A DNA stretch of 64,000 bases from NCBI GenBank assembly GCA_963832165.1, contig CAWHTE010000002.1:224001-288000 (forward strand), written 5' to 3'. Below, piece after piece: positions 51,138 through 62,556 of this stretch. The stretch comes from an uncultured delta proteobacterium (lineage in GTDB: Bacteria > Myxococcota_A > UBA9160 > SMWR01). The translations under genes were made by a program, and so were the position numbers. The stretch's first letter is position 1. Each line of letters opens with the position of its first letter. Under the pieces are notes generated by a model that was not told the origin of the DNA, made no database searches, and saw only the letters and a program-made list of their open reading frames with translations.

Positions 51138-51583
51138 AAGAGCATGCCCGCGGCCATGCCCCAGAACAGCGCGAGCGGCCGAGCCGGTACCGCGTCCGGG
51201 CGATCGAGCGCGAAGAGCGGGATCGCGCCCGACGCGAACACGAGCACTGCGATGCAGGACGCGACCCAGAGCTCCGCGACGAGAATCGGGTAGAGCTGGA
51301 GGAAGGCGCGGACCGACGCCATGACCAGCCCACCGGCGACGAGCGACGCGCAGAATCGGACGGCGGCCGGAAGGTCGCGGATCCGGCGCAGGACTCCGCT
51401 GCCCCTCGAGAAGGCGTAACCCCCTGCGAGCAGCGGCATGGCGATCGCCACCGCGCTGCGGGTGCCAAATCGCGCCCCGAGCTGGGACGCGACCGATACG
51501 AAGCCGTAGGCGGTCCACGCGAGCGCCGCGAGCGTCCCGAACACGATCGCGTTGCGGTGGAGTCGTTCGATCACCGACGTCAT
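51095..51583 (-). CDS. hypothetical membrane protein
   Basis: About 5 hydrophobic segments; ATGA overlap with the GFA gene. Confidence 0.7.
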   Translation of the reverse strand: MTSVIERLHRNAIVFGTLAALAWTAYGFVSVASQLGARFGTRSAVAIAMPLLAGGYAFSRGSGVLRRIRDLPAAVRFCASLVAGGLVMASVRAFLQLYPILVAELWVASCIAVLVFASGAIPLFALDRPDAVPARPLALFWGMAAGMLFYVVVFGVPRIVPG

Positions 51584-51963
51584 TCCGGCAGCGGCGCGAG
51601 CTCGGACACGTGCGCCTCCCAGTTCGCGCCGTCGAACGGCACCACCACCCGACTCCGCACCGTGCCCGGATCGAGCGCGCGAGCATTCACGCTGTAGCCG
51701 TCGGGGTGCGAGCGTGGCACGTAGAACGATTTGATGCCGCACACCGAGCAGAACAGATGGCGCGCCACACCCGTGTTGAACGTGTAGGTGGAGAGGAACT
51801 CCTGACCCTGGAGCAGGCGGAAGCGCGACTTCGGCACCACGAGGTGCAGGTAGGCCACCTTGCTGCACATCGAGCAGTTGCAATCGTTCACTTCGATGTC
51901 GGCGGGGGCGTCGACCTCGAACCGCACGCGCCCGCAGTGACAGCCTCCGGTGTGGGTGATCAT
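51580..51963 (-). CDS. GFA family (glutathione-dependent formaldehyde-activating-like) Zn protein
   Basis: GGCHCG, CNCSMC, FCSVCG, PRSHPDGYSVNAR. Confidence 0.93.
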   Translation of the reverse strand: MITHTGGCHCGRVRFEVDAPADIEVNDCNCSMCSKVAYLHLVVPKSRFRLLQGQEFLSTYTFNTGVARHLFCSVCGIKSFYVPRSHPDGYSVNARALDPGTVRSRVVVPFDGANWEAHVSELAPLPE

Positions 51964-51970
51964 GGTGCCC

Positions 51971-53182
51971 CTAATACGCGTAGCGGCGCTGCAGCGCCTT
52001 CGAGCGCCGCGCGAGCACCGCGTTGCGCTCGACGGCAGTCGTGGTGGGCGTGTCGCGCGGCAGCTCGTCGCGGAGCCGATCGAACGGCACGACGCGCAGC
52101 GCGGTCTTGGGCGTGGCGTCGGCGAACAGGAAGCGAACCGCGAGCGTGCCGCGTTCGCAGCCCTCCGCGTCGAGCCAGTTCGGCACCCCGGGATCGCGGT
52201 GCGCGATCACGCCGCGGAACACGCCATCGCAGTCCACGCGCGCCCAGTAGGAGTTCAGCGAGCTCTGGCGCGAGCCGAACTCGAGGGTCTCCCACCAGAA
52301 ACTGGTCAGCGCGACGCTCCACATCCGGCACTGCGGCACCGGAAACTCGACGATCACGGCCTCGTCGCGCGCGCACGCGAACGGGCCCATCCCGTAGGAC
52401 TGGCCGTGCAGACCCGGGCGGTCGAGATCGTCGGGGACGTCGAACATGAGGATCGTGTTGGGCGTGAGCGAGAGCAGCAGGCGGCTCACTTTGTCCCAGC
52501 ACTTCGCTCCCGTGTCGAGCCACTGGAAGAGCAGCTCGAAGCGCTCGCGCAGGTGCTCGACCGTGAGCGGGGCGGGCGGATAGCTCGCGTTCTCGCGCTC
52601 GATCGCGAACACACCGGGCTGCTCGTGCTCCCAATCGTCGAAGTACTGGCGCACGAGCACGAAGGTGGCGTCGTCGTCGAGGCGCAGCCAGTTGCCCGGG
52701 CGCGCGTCGCGCGAGAGCGCGATCGAGAAGCGCCCGTCGCGGTCGCACGCGAGCTGGTCTCCCGCGATGTGCGAAACCGTGCGCCAGCCGCCCTCACCGC
52801 CGCTGAACGCGGGCATCTTGCCGTCGGCGAAGTGCCCCGTGTTGACCTGGAACTCGATCTGGCGCGCGCTGCCGCGCGTGCCTTCGATCCGATAGCTCGC
52901 GTCGCCGCGCACGCGCGCCCAGGAGTAGTTGCAGTCGGGATTGTCGAGGCCCCAGCTCATCGCGTTGTCGATCATGCGCGCGAACACGGGGTGGTCGGCG
53001 TCGTCCGATTCGATGCACAGCCGCAGCCCCGCCGCGAGGAAGCGAGTGAGATAGCGCAGCCCGGCCGCGCGCTGCGCCGCGTCGGCGGGCGTGCCATCGC
53101 CGGTCACGAGCGCCGAGAGCGCCTCGACGCGGCGCGCGAAATCGCGCCAGAGCGCTGCGAGGTCATCGGAGGCGTGGGTCAT
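51971..53182 (-). CDS. DUF1214-like domain protein
   Basis: WGLDNPDCNY, VRQYFDDW, VIAHRDPGVPNWLD. Confidence 0.75.
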   Translation of the reverse strand: MTHASDDLAALWRDFARRVEALSALVTGDGTPADAAQRAAGLRYLTRFLAAGLRLCIESDDADHPVFARMIDNAMSWGLDNPDCNYSWARVRGDASYRIEGTRGSARQIEFQVNTGHFADGKMPAFSGGEGGWRTVSHIAGDQLACDRDGRFSIALSRDARPGNWLRLDDDATFVLVRQYFDDWEHEQPGVFAIERENASYPPAPLTVEHLRERFELLFQWLDTGAKCWDKVSRLLLSLTPNTILMFDVPDDLDRPGLHGQSYGMGPFACARDEAVIVEFPVPQCRMWSVALTSFWWETLEFGSRQSSLNSYWARVDCDGVFRGVIAHRDPGVPNWLDAEGCERGTLAVRFLFADATPKTALRVVPFDRLRDELPRDTPTTTAVERNAVLARRSKALQRRYAY

Positions 53183-53217
53183 GCGCGATCTCCCCGCGGC
53201 AATTACCGTCCAAAACA

Positions 53218-55416
53218 GTGGACGCGGTCAAGGCCGATCTCGTACTCGTGGGTGGCGGACATACCCACATCCAGGTGCTGCGCCGCTGGATGATGGCGCC
53301 GATCGCGGGTGTCCGCGTGACGCTCGTGGTCGACCAGCCCGAGGCGGTCTACTCGGGAATGGTGCCGGGCTTCGTCGCGGGGGACTACGCGGCGCACGAG
53401 GTCTCGATCGACACCGTGCCGCTCGCGCGGCGCGCGCGCGCGCGAGTGGTGATCGCGCGCGCGGTGTCGATCGACTCGGCAGCGCACCGGATCGAGATCG
53501 AGGGCCGGCCGCCCATCGCCTACGACGTGGCGAGCCTCGACGTGGGCGCCACCGTGCGCGGCCTGGATCTTCCCGGCGTGCGCGAACACGCGCTCGCGAC
53601 GCGGCCGATCGCACGGCTGGTCGCCGAGCTCGACGCGCGCGTCGCGGCGCTGCCCGAGCGCCCGCGCGTGGTGATCGTCGGGGGCGGCGCCGCGGGCGTC
53701 GAGCTCGCGTTCACGCTCGATGCGCGGCTGCGTGCGAGCGGCCGTGCCCCCGCGGCGCGGCTCGTGTCCGAGAGCGCCGCGCTGCTCGAGGACTACGGGC
53801 ATCGGGTGCGCAGGCTCGCGCGCGACGGTCTCGAGGCGCGCGGGATCCGCGTACACACGGGTGTGCGCGTCGAGGCGGTGCACGCGGACGGAATCGACCT
53901 GGCGGGCGAGCGGCTCTCGGCCGACCTCGTGGTGTGGGCGACCGGAGCCGCGCCGCTGCCGTTTCCGTGCGGTCCGGGTCTGCCGCTCGACGCCGAGGGC
54001 TTCGTGCGCGTCGAGCCCACGCTCGAGGTGGCAGGCGGCCGCGACCTGTTCGCAGTCGGAGACTGCGCATCGCTCGCGTTCGCGCCCTGGGTGCGCAAGG
54101 CCGGGGTGTACGCGGTGCGCGAGGGTCCGGTGCTCGATGCCAACCTGCGCGCGCGCCTGGGCGGCGGGCCGCTTCGCGCCTACCACCCCCAGCGCGATTT
54201 CCTCACGCTCCTGAACCTGGGTGGCCGCGAGGCGATCGCCGCGAAGTGGGGCTTGGCGTTCCGGGGCCGCCGTGCGTTCCAGCTCAAGGATTGGATCGAT
54301 CGCCGATTCGTGGACCGCTTCCGCGTGCTCCAGGAGAGCGGTGCTGCGGCGCCCGGCTGGCCCGCGATGGCTGAGGAGATGGAGTGCGGCGGCTGCGCGG
54401 CGAAGGTCGGCGCTCCCGCGCTCGAGCGCGCGCTCGCGCGGCTGCCCAAGGCGCCCGCCGATCCGAGCGTGCGGATCGGTCTCGCCGAACCCGACGACGC
54501 CGCGCTGATCGCGACACCGAGCGGCGACATGCTGCTCGCCACGATCGACGCGTTTCGCGCGTTCACGGACGATCCGTGGTGGGTGGGACGCGTGGCCGCG
54601 GCGAATGCCGTGAGTGACGTGCTCGCAAAGGGCGGGCGCGCGCGCCATGCGCTCGCGCTGGTGAACGTGCCCGAGTCGGATCCGCAGCGCGCCGAGGAGA
54701 CGCTCTACCAGGTGCTCGCGGGCATGCGCGCGGCGCTCGATCCGCTTCGCGTGTCGCTGGTGGGCGGACACACGACGCAGGGCAGCGAGCTGTACGTGGG
54801 CCTCGCGATCACGGGGGAGCTCGACGGCGATCCGCTTCCGGCCTCGGGCCTCACCGCGGGCCAGCGCTTGATCCTGTCCAAGGCGCTCGGCAGCGGTGTG
54901 CTGCTCGCGTCCGACATGCGCGGCCTCTTGCCCGGTGAGCGCCTCACACCGCTGCTCGAGGGCCTCGCGCGCTCGAACGCTGCGGCAGCGCGCGTGGCGC
55001 GCGAGTTCGGCGCGACGGGTTGCACCGACGTATCCGGATTCGGTCTCGCGGGTCACGTCGCGGCGCTCGCGCGCGCGAGCCGCGTGTCGGTGCGTCTGTT
55101 CGCGAATGCGCTGCCCGCGTGGCCCGGAGCGCGTGAGCTGCTCGCGCGCGGCTTGCGCAGTACGTTCCACGACCAGAACGCGCGCGCAAACCTTACAGTG
55201 GAGGTGGCTGCCGGCGTCGCTGTGGGAGACCGCGAGCTGATCTTCGATCCGCAGACCTCGGGAGGCCTCTTGTTCGGGGTGGACGCCACGCGGGCGGATG
55301 CCGCCGTGCAGGCATTGCGCGCCGCGGGCGATCTCGCGGCGGCCGTGATCGGGGACGCCGCGCAGCCCCGCGCGGATGGAACCCTGATCGGGCTCGTCCC
55401 GAGCGCCGAATCTTGA
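53218..55416 (+). CDS. selD: selenide, water dikinase fused to an N-terminal pyridine nucleotide-disulfide oxidoreductase domain
   Basis: LVGGGHTH...YSGMVPG N-domain; CGGCAAKV, DDAA, ANAVSDVLAKGG, GGHT, TDVSGFGLAGH, DPQTSGGLL. Confidence 0.95.
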   Translation: MDAVKADLVLVGGGHTHIQVLRRWMMAPIAGVRVTLVVDQPEAVYSGMVPGFVAGDYAAHEVSIDTVPLARRARARVVIARAVSIDSAAHRIEIEGRPPIAYDVASLDVGATVRGLDLPGVREHALATRPIARLVAELDARVAALPERPRVVIVGGGAAGVELAFTLDARLRASGRAPAARLVSESAALLEDYGHRVRRLARDGLEARGIRVHTGVRVEAVHADGIDLAGERLSADLVVWATGAAPLPFPCGPGLPLDAEGFVRVEPTLEVAGGRDLFAVGDCASLAFAPWVRKAGVYAVREGPVLDANLRARLGGGPLRAYHPQRDFLTLLNLGGREAIAAKWGLAFRGRRAFQLKDWIDRRFVDRFRVLQESGAAAPGWPAMAEEMECGGCAAKVGAPALERALARLPKAPADPSVRIGLAEPDDAALIATPSGDMLLATIDAFRAFTDDPWWVGRVAAANAVSDVLAKGGRARHALALVNVPESDPQRAEETLYQVLAGMRAALDPLRVSLVGGHTTQGSELYVGLAITGELDGDPLPASGLTAGQRLILSKALGSGVLLASDMRGLLPGERLTPLLEGLARSNAAAARVAREFGATGCTDVSGFGLAGHVAALARASRVSVRLFANALPAWPGARELLARGLRSTFHDQNARANLTVEVAAGVAVGDRELIFDPQTSGGLLFGVDATRADAAVQALRAAGDLAAAVIGDAAQPRADGTLIGLVPSAES

Positions 55417-55450
55417 CCCGGATGCGCGGGTGCTCTACTAACGAAAATAG

Positions 55451-56593
55451 ATGACGACGCGGACCTCTCGGGGCAGACCGAAGCGGACTGGGCGTGCCTC
55501 GGTCCGGATCGCGATCGTCGGTGTGGGGAATTGCGCCAGCTCGCTCGTGCAGGGCGCGAGCTTCTACCGCGATTCGAGTGCGGAGCGCGCGGTGGGGCTC
55601 ATGAACTGGGAGATCGGGGGCTACCGCCCCGACGATCTGGAGGTGGCCGCCGCGTTCGACGTCGACCTGCGCAAGGTCGGCAAGGACGTGGCCGAGGCGA
55701 TCTTCGAGAAGCCCAACTGCACCGCCGTCTTCTGTGATCGCGTCCCGAAGACGGGCGTGCGCGTGCGGATGGGGCGCGTGCTCGACGGGGTCGCGGAACA
55801 CCTCGAGAGCTACCCCGAGGACCGTCGCTTCCTGGTGTCGGACCAGAAGGAGGCGACACCCGAAGAAATCATCGCGGAGCTGCGCGACGCGCGAGTCGAC
55901 GTGCTCGTGAACTACCTCCCGGTCGGCTCCGAGCGCGCTTCGCGTTTCTACGCGGAGTGCGCGCTCGAGGCGGGCGTCGCGGTCGTGAACTGCATCCCGG
56001 TGTTTCTGGCCAGCGACCCCGCGTTCGCGGCGCGCTTCGCCGCGGCCGGCATTCCGATCATCGGCGACGACATCAAGGCCCAGCTCGGTGCGACGATCAC
56101 TCATCGCACGCTCACGGATCTGTTCGCGATGCGCGGCGTCAAGCTCGACCGGACCTATCAGCTGAACACGGGCGGGAACACCGACTTCCTGAACATGCTG
56201 AACCGCAGCCGGCTCGCCGCGAAGAAGATCTCGAAGACGGAGGCGGTGCAGTCGGTGGCGTCGCAGCGGATCGCCGACGACGACATCCACATCGGCCCGA
56301 GCGACTACGTGGCGTGGCAGAACGACAACAAGGTCTGCTTCCTGCGCATGGAAGGCCGACTGTTCGGCGACGTGCCGATGAACCTCGAGCTGCGTCTGTC
56401 GGTGGAGGATTCGCCGAACTCGGCCGGAGTCGCGATCGATGCGATCCGCTGCGCCAAGCTCGCGGCCGACCGCGGCCTCGGCGGCGCGATCGAAGCGCCC
56501 TCGGCGTTCTTCATGAAGCACCCGCCGCGCCAGTGGAACGACGACGAGGCCCATCGCCGCACCGATGCGTTCGTGCGCGGCGAGCCCTTCTAG
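55451..56593 (+). CDS. ino1: myo-inositol-1-phosphate synthase
   Basis: VGVGNCASSLVQG, NYLPVGS, GDDIKAQ, QLNTGGNTDFLNM, DSPNSAG. Confidence 0.95.
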   Translation: MTTRTSRGRPKRTGRASVRIAIVGVGNCASSLVQGASFYRDSSAERAVGLMNWEIGGYRPDDLEVAAAFDVDLRKVGKDVAEAIFEKPNCTAVFCDRVPKTGVRVRMGRVLDGVAEHLESYPEDRRFLVSDQKEATPEEIIAELRDARVDVLVNYLPVGSERASRFYAECALEAGVAVVNCIPVFLASDPAFAARFAAAGIPIIGDDIKAQLGATITHRTLTDLFAMRGVKLDRTYQLNTGGNTDFLNMLNRSRLAAKKISKTEAVQSVASQRIADDDIHIGPSDYVAWQNDNKVCFLRMEGRLFGDVPMNLELRLSVEDSPNSAGVAIDAIRCAKLAADRGLGGAIEAPSAFFMKHPPRQWNDDEAHRRTDAFVRGEPF

Positions 56594-57597
56594 CCTTCTG
56601 CCAGCTTCCCCGCCTGGCGCGCCGTGAGATGTCCGGCGCGATGCAGCCACCGGATCGTGTCGGCGTAGGTCTCGCGCCCGTCGCGAAAGCGGATGCCGAG
56701 CGCGTCGATCGCGGGCGAGCGGATCACCCCGGGCCACTGCGTCGCGAAGTCCATCGCTTCAGCGCTGAGCGGGAAGTCGAACGGATAGGCGTGCTTCGCG
56801 AGATCGCCGAGACGCCCGAGCATGCGCAACAGCCGGCCGTTCACTCGCACGCGGAGCAGGCGCCGCCCCGTGAGCTCGTCCATCAGCGCGATCATGTCGG
56901 GCCACGAGAGATATGAGCCCGACACCACGTAGCGTCCGGGTGCCGCGCTCGGGGCCACGAGCGCCGCGATCAGCGCGGCGAGATCGCGCACATCGACGAT
57001 CTCGAACCCGGTCGCCGTGTCCACCATGAGCTGGGTGAGAAACACGCGGATCGTGTGATTGCCCTCGGAGAGGCCCGGGTCGTCGGGGCCGACGATTCCG
57101 GGCGGGTACACGGTGCGCACGGGTGCACCCGCGCTCTGCAGCTTGCGGACGTAGGCCTCACCGTCCGCCTTCGAGCGCGCATAGGGGCTCGAGGCAGCGG
57201 CGATCGGCGAGTGCTCGGAGAGCGGCGCTCCGGGCGCGAACAGCGCGCCGAGGCTCGAGACGTAGACGATCGCTCCCACCCCACGCTCGGCGGCGCCGCC
57301 CACCACGAGCTCGACCGCGCGCAGATTGGTGTCGAGCACCTCCTGGGCGCGGCGCGTCTCGATCGCCACGACCGCCGCGCAGTGCACCACGGCATCCACC
57401 CCATCGAGGGCTTTCGCGACCGCGGTCGGGTCGGTGACGTCTCCGATCACGACGTCCTCGGGAGCCGCGCCCGGGAACACGCGCTCCACTTTGTCGCGGC
57501 TGCGCGCGAGCAGCCGCAGCGTGTGCCCCGCGGATTGCAGCGCGTGGGCCGCGTGGGACCCGACGAAGCCGGTACCGCCGGTGACGAGGACGCGCAT
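56590..57597 (-). CDS. NAD-dependent epimerase/dehydratase family protein
   Basis: VLVTGGTGFVG, YARSK, VDVRDLA. Confidence 0.9.
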   Translation of the reverse strand: MRVLVTGGTGFVGSHAAHALQSAGHTLRLLARSRDKVERVFPGAAPEDVVIGDVTDPTAVAKALDGVDAVVHCAAVVAIETRRAQEVLDTNLRAVELVVGGAAERGVGAIVYVSSLGALFAPGAPLSEHSPIAAASSPYARSKADGEAYVRKLQSAGAPVRTVYPPGIVGPDDPGLSEGNHTIRVFLTQLMVDTATGFEIVDVRDLAALIAALVAPSAAPGRYVVSGSYLSWPDMIALMDELTGRRLLRVRVNGRLLRMLGRLGDLAKHAYPFDFPLSAEAMDFATQWPGVIRSPAIDALGIRFRDGRETYADTIRWLHRAGHLTARQAGKLAEG

Positions 57598-57629
57598 CCT
57601 GATGGCCTCCGCTCGGCCCACCTGCTGGG

Positions 57630-57665
57630 CTTCGCTCGCCTTCGGCTCGCTGCGCGAAACTTGCG
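57630..57665 (+). repeat. dispersed 36-nt repeat, copy 2 (intergenic)
   Basis: cttcgctcgccttcggctcgctgcgcgaaacttgcg; see 6911-6946. Confidence 0.7.
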
Positions 57666-57762
57666 CCTCGCTGCGCGCAGCTTGCCGCGCAGTCTAATTC
57701 CGATTGCGATCGCGCGCGCGGCGCATGCGGGTCTATGATCGGGCTCGCGGAGGACCCCCCGT

Positions 57763-58626
57763 ATGACGCAGCTCGCCTGGAAGGTCGGAGACATCACCAT
57801 CACGCGGATCCCCGAGGTGGTGGTCAAGCTGTCGCTCGGCGAGTTCCTGCCCGAGGCGAGCCCCGCGGCCCTGGCTCCGCACAAAGGCTGGCTCGAGCCA
57901 CACTTCCTCGCGCCGGACGGAAGCTTCGCCCTGTCGATCCACGGGCTCGTCGTCGACACGGGCGCGCTGCGCATCCTCGTCGACACCTGCCTCGGCCAAC
58001 ACCAGATCCCGGGCTTCGAGGGTCTCTCCGAGGGCGCAGACGACTTTCTCGCCGGGCTCGCCGCCGCGGGCTACCCGCGCGAGGCGATCGACGTCGTCTT
58101 GTGTACGCACCTGCACTTCGATCACGTGGGTTGGAACACGATGCGCGAGGGCGATCGCGTCGTGCCGACGTTCCCGAACGCGCGGTACCTGTTCGCGCGC
58201 GCGGAGTGGGAGCACTGGTCGACGATGAGCGGCGAGGTCTACGCGCCCACGATCGACGTGGCGGTGCGCCCGATCGTCGAAGCCGGCCTCGCCGATTTCG
58301 TGGAGCCCGACCACAAGCTCTGCGACACGGTGCGGCTCGTGCCCACCCCGGGTCACACGCCCGGCCACGTCTCGGTGGAGATCGCCTCACAGGGCGAGCG
58401 CGCGTTCATCACGGGCGACATGACCCACCACCCGGTGCAGTGGGCCGAGTCGGATTGGAAGATGCCCGCCGACAGCGACTCGGCGGCCGCGGCAGCCACG
58501 CGGCGCCGGATCGCAACGGCGCTCGCGGACGAGCCCGTGCTCGTGATCGGCACCCACTACGCGCCGCCGACCGCGGGTCACCTCGTGCGCGGCGCGCGGG
58601 GCGTGTGGTTCCGCGCGCAGTCTTGA
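57763..58626 (+). CDS. MBL fold metallo-hydrolase
   Basis: THLHFDHVGWN, PGHTPGH, GDMTHH. Confidence 0.93.
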   Translation: MTQLAWKVGDITITRIPEVVVKLSLGEFLPEASPAALAPHKGWLEPHFLAPDGSFALSIHGLVVDTGALRILVDTCLGQHQIPGFEGLSEGADDFLAGLAAAGYPREAIDVVLCTHLHFDHVGWNTMREGDRVVPTFPNARYLFARAEWEHWSTMSGEVYAPTIDVAVRPIVEAGLADFVEPDHKLCDTVRLVPTPGHTPGHVSVEIASQGERAFITGDMTHHPVQWAESDWKMPADSDSAAAAATRRRIATALADEPVLVIGTHYAPPTAGHLVRGARGVWFRAQS

Positions 58627-58703
58627 CCGGGTTCGCCCCTCTAGAGGGCCGCGGCGCGGCCCGATAGACTGACCCGCCCCCCCGGAACGCGAGGAGAAGA
58701 TCC

Positions 58704-60404
<1,701 letters not shown>

Positions 60405-60414
60405 GCGTTTCCGA

Positions 60415-61194
60415 CTAGCGGAACCAGCACAGCTGCTCCGTGGTCGCGAGCAGGACTCCATCGCGTCGCCACAGCGATCCGGTGAGGTCGGAGATTCCCG
60501 CCGACCCGCTGCGCCCGGTCGCATGCTGCAACACGAAGTCGGGACCGACCGAAGCAATCTCGTCGGCGGTCGCGTGGAAGTACAGCGACAGGGTCACCGT
60601 CGTCGACGGTCGCATGCCGGGAACTGCGTAGTACACGCGCGGGGGGAAGAGGTCCGCGAACATCGCCAGCCGTGCGTGGTCGACCGGTTCGCCGTCGTCC
60701 TCGCGCACCCACACGATCGAGGTGGAATCGCCCACGCTCGGTGGGACGCCCTGCACGGGTCTGCGATCGAACGACACGACCATGCGCGGACCTTGCGTAG
60801 CGCGCGCGAAGGACTCGGGCGGAGGGGCCTTCGGCATCTCCATCCAGCCGAAGCGCGCCGTCTCCGAGCGCTCCGCGAACGTCACGACGGAATGCGCGCA
60901 CAGCGTCTCGTCATCTCCCTGCGAGACCTCCGCCTGCCAGAAGGCGAGCGTGCGCCCGGCCCGCAGGCATCGCGTGGCGATCGTCACCGGGCCGGTCGCG
61001 GCGGGCGCGAGGAACGTGTTCGTCATCGCGATCGGCGTGCCCTGGCGCGAGGGCTCGCGCATCAGCGTGGAGAGCATCAGGCCGATGACGTAGCCGCCGA
61101 ACAGGCTTCCGTTGTCATTCCTGAACCGTTCCGGCCCGGGAGCAGACCATCTTCCCTCGCCGGTCGGGCGTATGTCGAAGAGCGCGCTCGTCAC
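60415..61194 (-). CDS. acyl-CoA thioesterase (double hot-dog) family protein
   Basis: FGGYVIG, LRAGRT, FADLFPP, LWRRDGVLLATTEQL. Confidence 0.85.
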   Translation of the reverse strand: MTSALFDIRPTGEGRWSAPGPERFRNDNGSLFGGYVIGLMLSTLMREPSRQGTPIAMTNTFLAPAATGPVTIATRCLRAGRTLAFWQAEVSQGDDETLCAHSVVTFAERSETARFGWMEMPKAPPPESFARATQGPRMVVSFDRRPVQGVPPSVGDSTSIVWVREDDGEPVDHARLAMFADLFPPRVYYAVPGMRPSTTVTLSLYFHATADEIASVGPDFVLQHATGRSGSAGISDLTGSLWRRDGVLLATTEQLCWFR

Positions 61195-61207
61195 TGGAAC
61201 GACGCCT

Positions 61208-61624
61208 TCATTCTGGCCGCAGCACGACGATGCCCGCCACGAGCAGCGCGAGGCCGACGCATTTCTTGACGGTGATCGGCTCCGCGAAGAACAGCGCCGC
61301 CGCGAGCACGGACACGATCAACATGCCCGTGTCCACGACCGGGATCGCGATCGACGCCTCGATCTGGCGGCTCACGGCGAGGGCGTTGAACGCGAGCAGA
61401 CCGATGCCCATCATCGCACCCGCGATCACGAGTCGAATCGCCGCCGCGGGAGCCGGCCACGCGAAGCTGCCGGTCCACCACGTGGCGGCCAGGATCGTCG
61501 TCCAGCTCACCGTCGAGAGGAAGAGCGCACCGAGCGGCCCGCCCAGGTTCGCGCCGCGCGACACCAACGGGTAGCCGCCCCAGAACAGCGAGACGATCAG
61601 GATCCACGCGTACTCGGGCTTCAT
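61208..61624 (-). CDS. EamA-like single-domain membrane protein
   Basis: MKPEYAWILIVSLFWGGYPL...LFFAEPITVKKCVGLALLVAGIVVL; ATGA overlap. Confidence 0.78.
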   Translation of the reverse strand: MKPEYAWILIVSLFWGGYPLVSRGANLGGPLGALFLSTVSWTTILAATWWTGSFAWPAPAAAIRLVIAGAMMGIGLLAFNALAVSRQIEASIAIPVVDTGMLIVSVLAAALFFAEPITVKKCVGLALLVAGIVVLRPE

Positions 61625-62515
61625 GCGCGAGGAGCCAGCGCTTCCAGCACCGTCCAGTCCGGTCCGGCCCCCATGCCGCCGGAGCCGACGGGATGGATGC
61701 AGACCTGCGTGGCGCCGGCCTCGAAATGGCGGTCGAGATGCTTGCGGATCGCCGCGGCGTCGCCCCAGGCGACCGTCGCGTCGATCAGCCGATCTGAGCC
61801 GCCCGACGCGAAGTCCGCGTCCTCGAACCCGAGGAACTCGCGCCACGCGCGCTGATAGTTCGGCAGCGAGATGTTCACGGCACCGGCAGCGCGCGCGAGC
61901 GCGCGCGCCCGCGTCGGATCGGTCTCGAGCACCACCTTGACCTCCGGGCACAGCCAGCGATCCGGTCCGAGAATCTCTCGCGCGCGCCGCGTGTGCTCGG
62001 GCGGCATGAAGTAGGGGTGCGCGCCCAGCGCGCGGTCGCGTGCGAGTGCGAGCATCTTCGGGCCCAGCGCGGCGAGCACGCGCGGTCCGGCGGGCTGTGC
62101 CGAGCCCGCTGGCGCTCCGGGAAAGCGCGATGCCGGCGTCCATCTGGTCGAGGTACTCGCGCATCGCGCGCAGCGGCGGCGCGTAGTCCTGGCCGAACAG
62201 CGGCTGAATGAACGGAGCGTGCGAGACGCCGAGTCCGAGCAGGAAGCGGTCGCCCGACTGCTCGCCGAGCGCGCGCTGCGCCGCGGCCATCAGGAGCGGC
62301 GCGCGCTCGTAGATCGGCGCGATCCCGGTCGCGATCACGAGCCGCTGGGTTGCGGCGAGCTGGAGCGACGCCGTCACCATCACGTCGCGCCGCAGCGCCA
62401 TCGGCTGCCACAGCGCCGAATAACCGAGCGCCTCGATCCGCTGCGCTGCCTCCACCGCCTGCGCGAGCGAGCCGCCCTCGAGCGAGCACCATACTGCGAA
62501 TCTTCCGAGTTCCAC
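61621..62515 (-). CDS. probable F420-dependent LLM oxidoreductase, frameshift at ~62095
   Basis: IEALGYSALW, IATGIAPIY, RFLLGLGVSH, then LAALGPKMLALARDRALGAHPY in another frame. Confidence 0.88.
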
Positions 62516-62556
62516 GCTTTCCTCCGCCTGTGAGGTCGAGACGGTATCTTCCGGCC

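Noticed and set aside
54385..54396. Selenocysteine in the SelD active site
   Set aside because: Both codons are TGC, so this is a Cys-type SelD.
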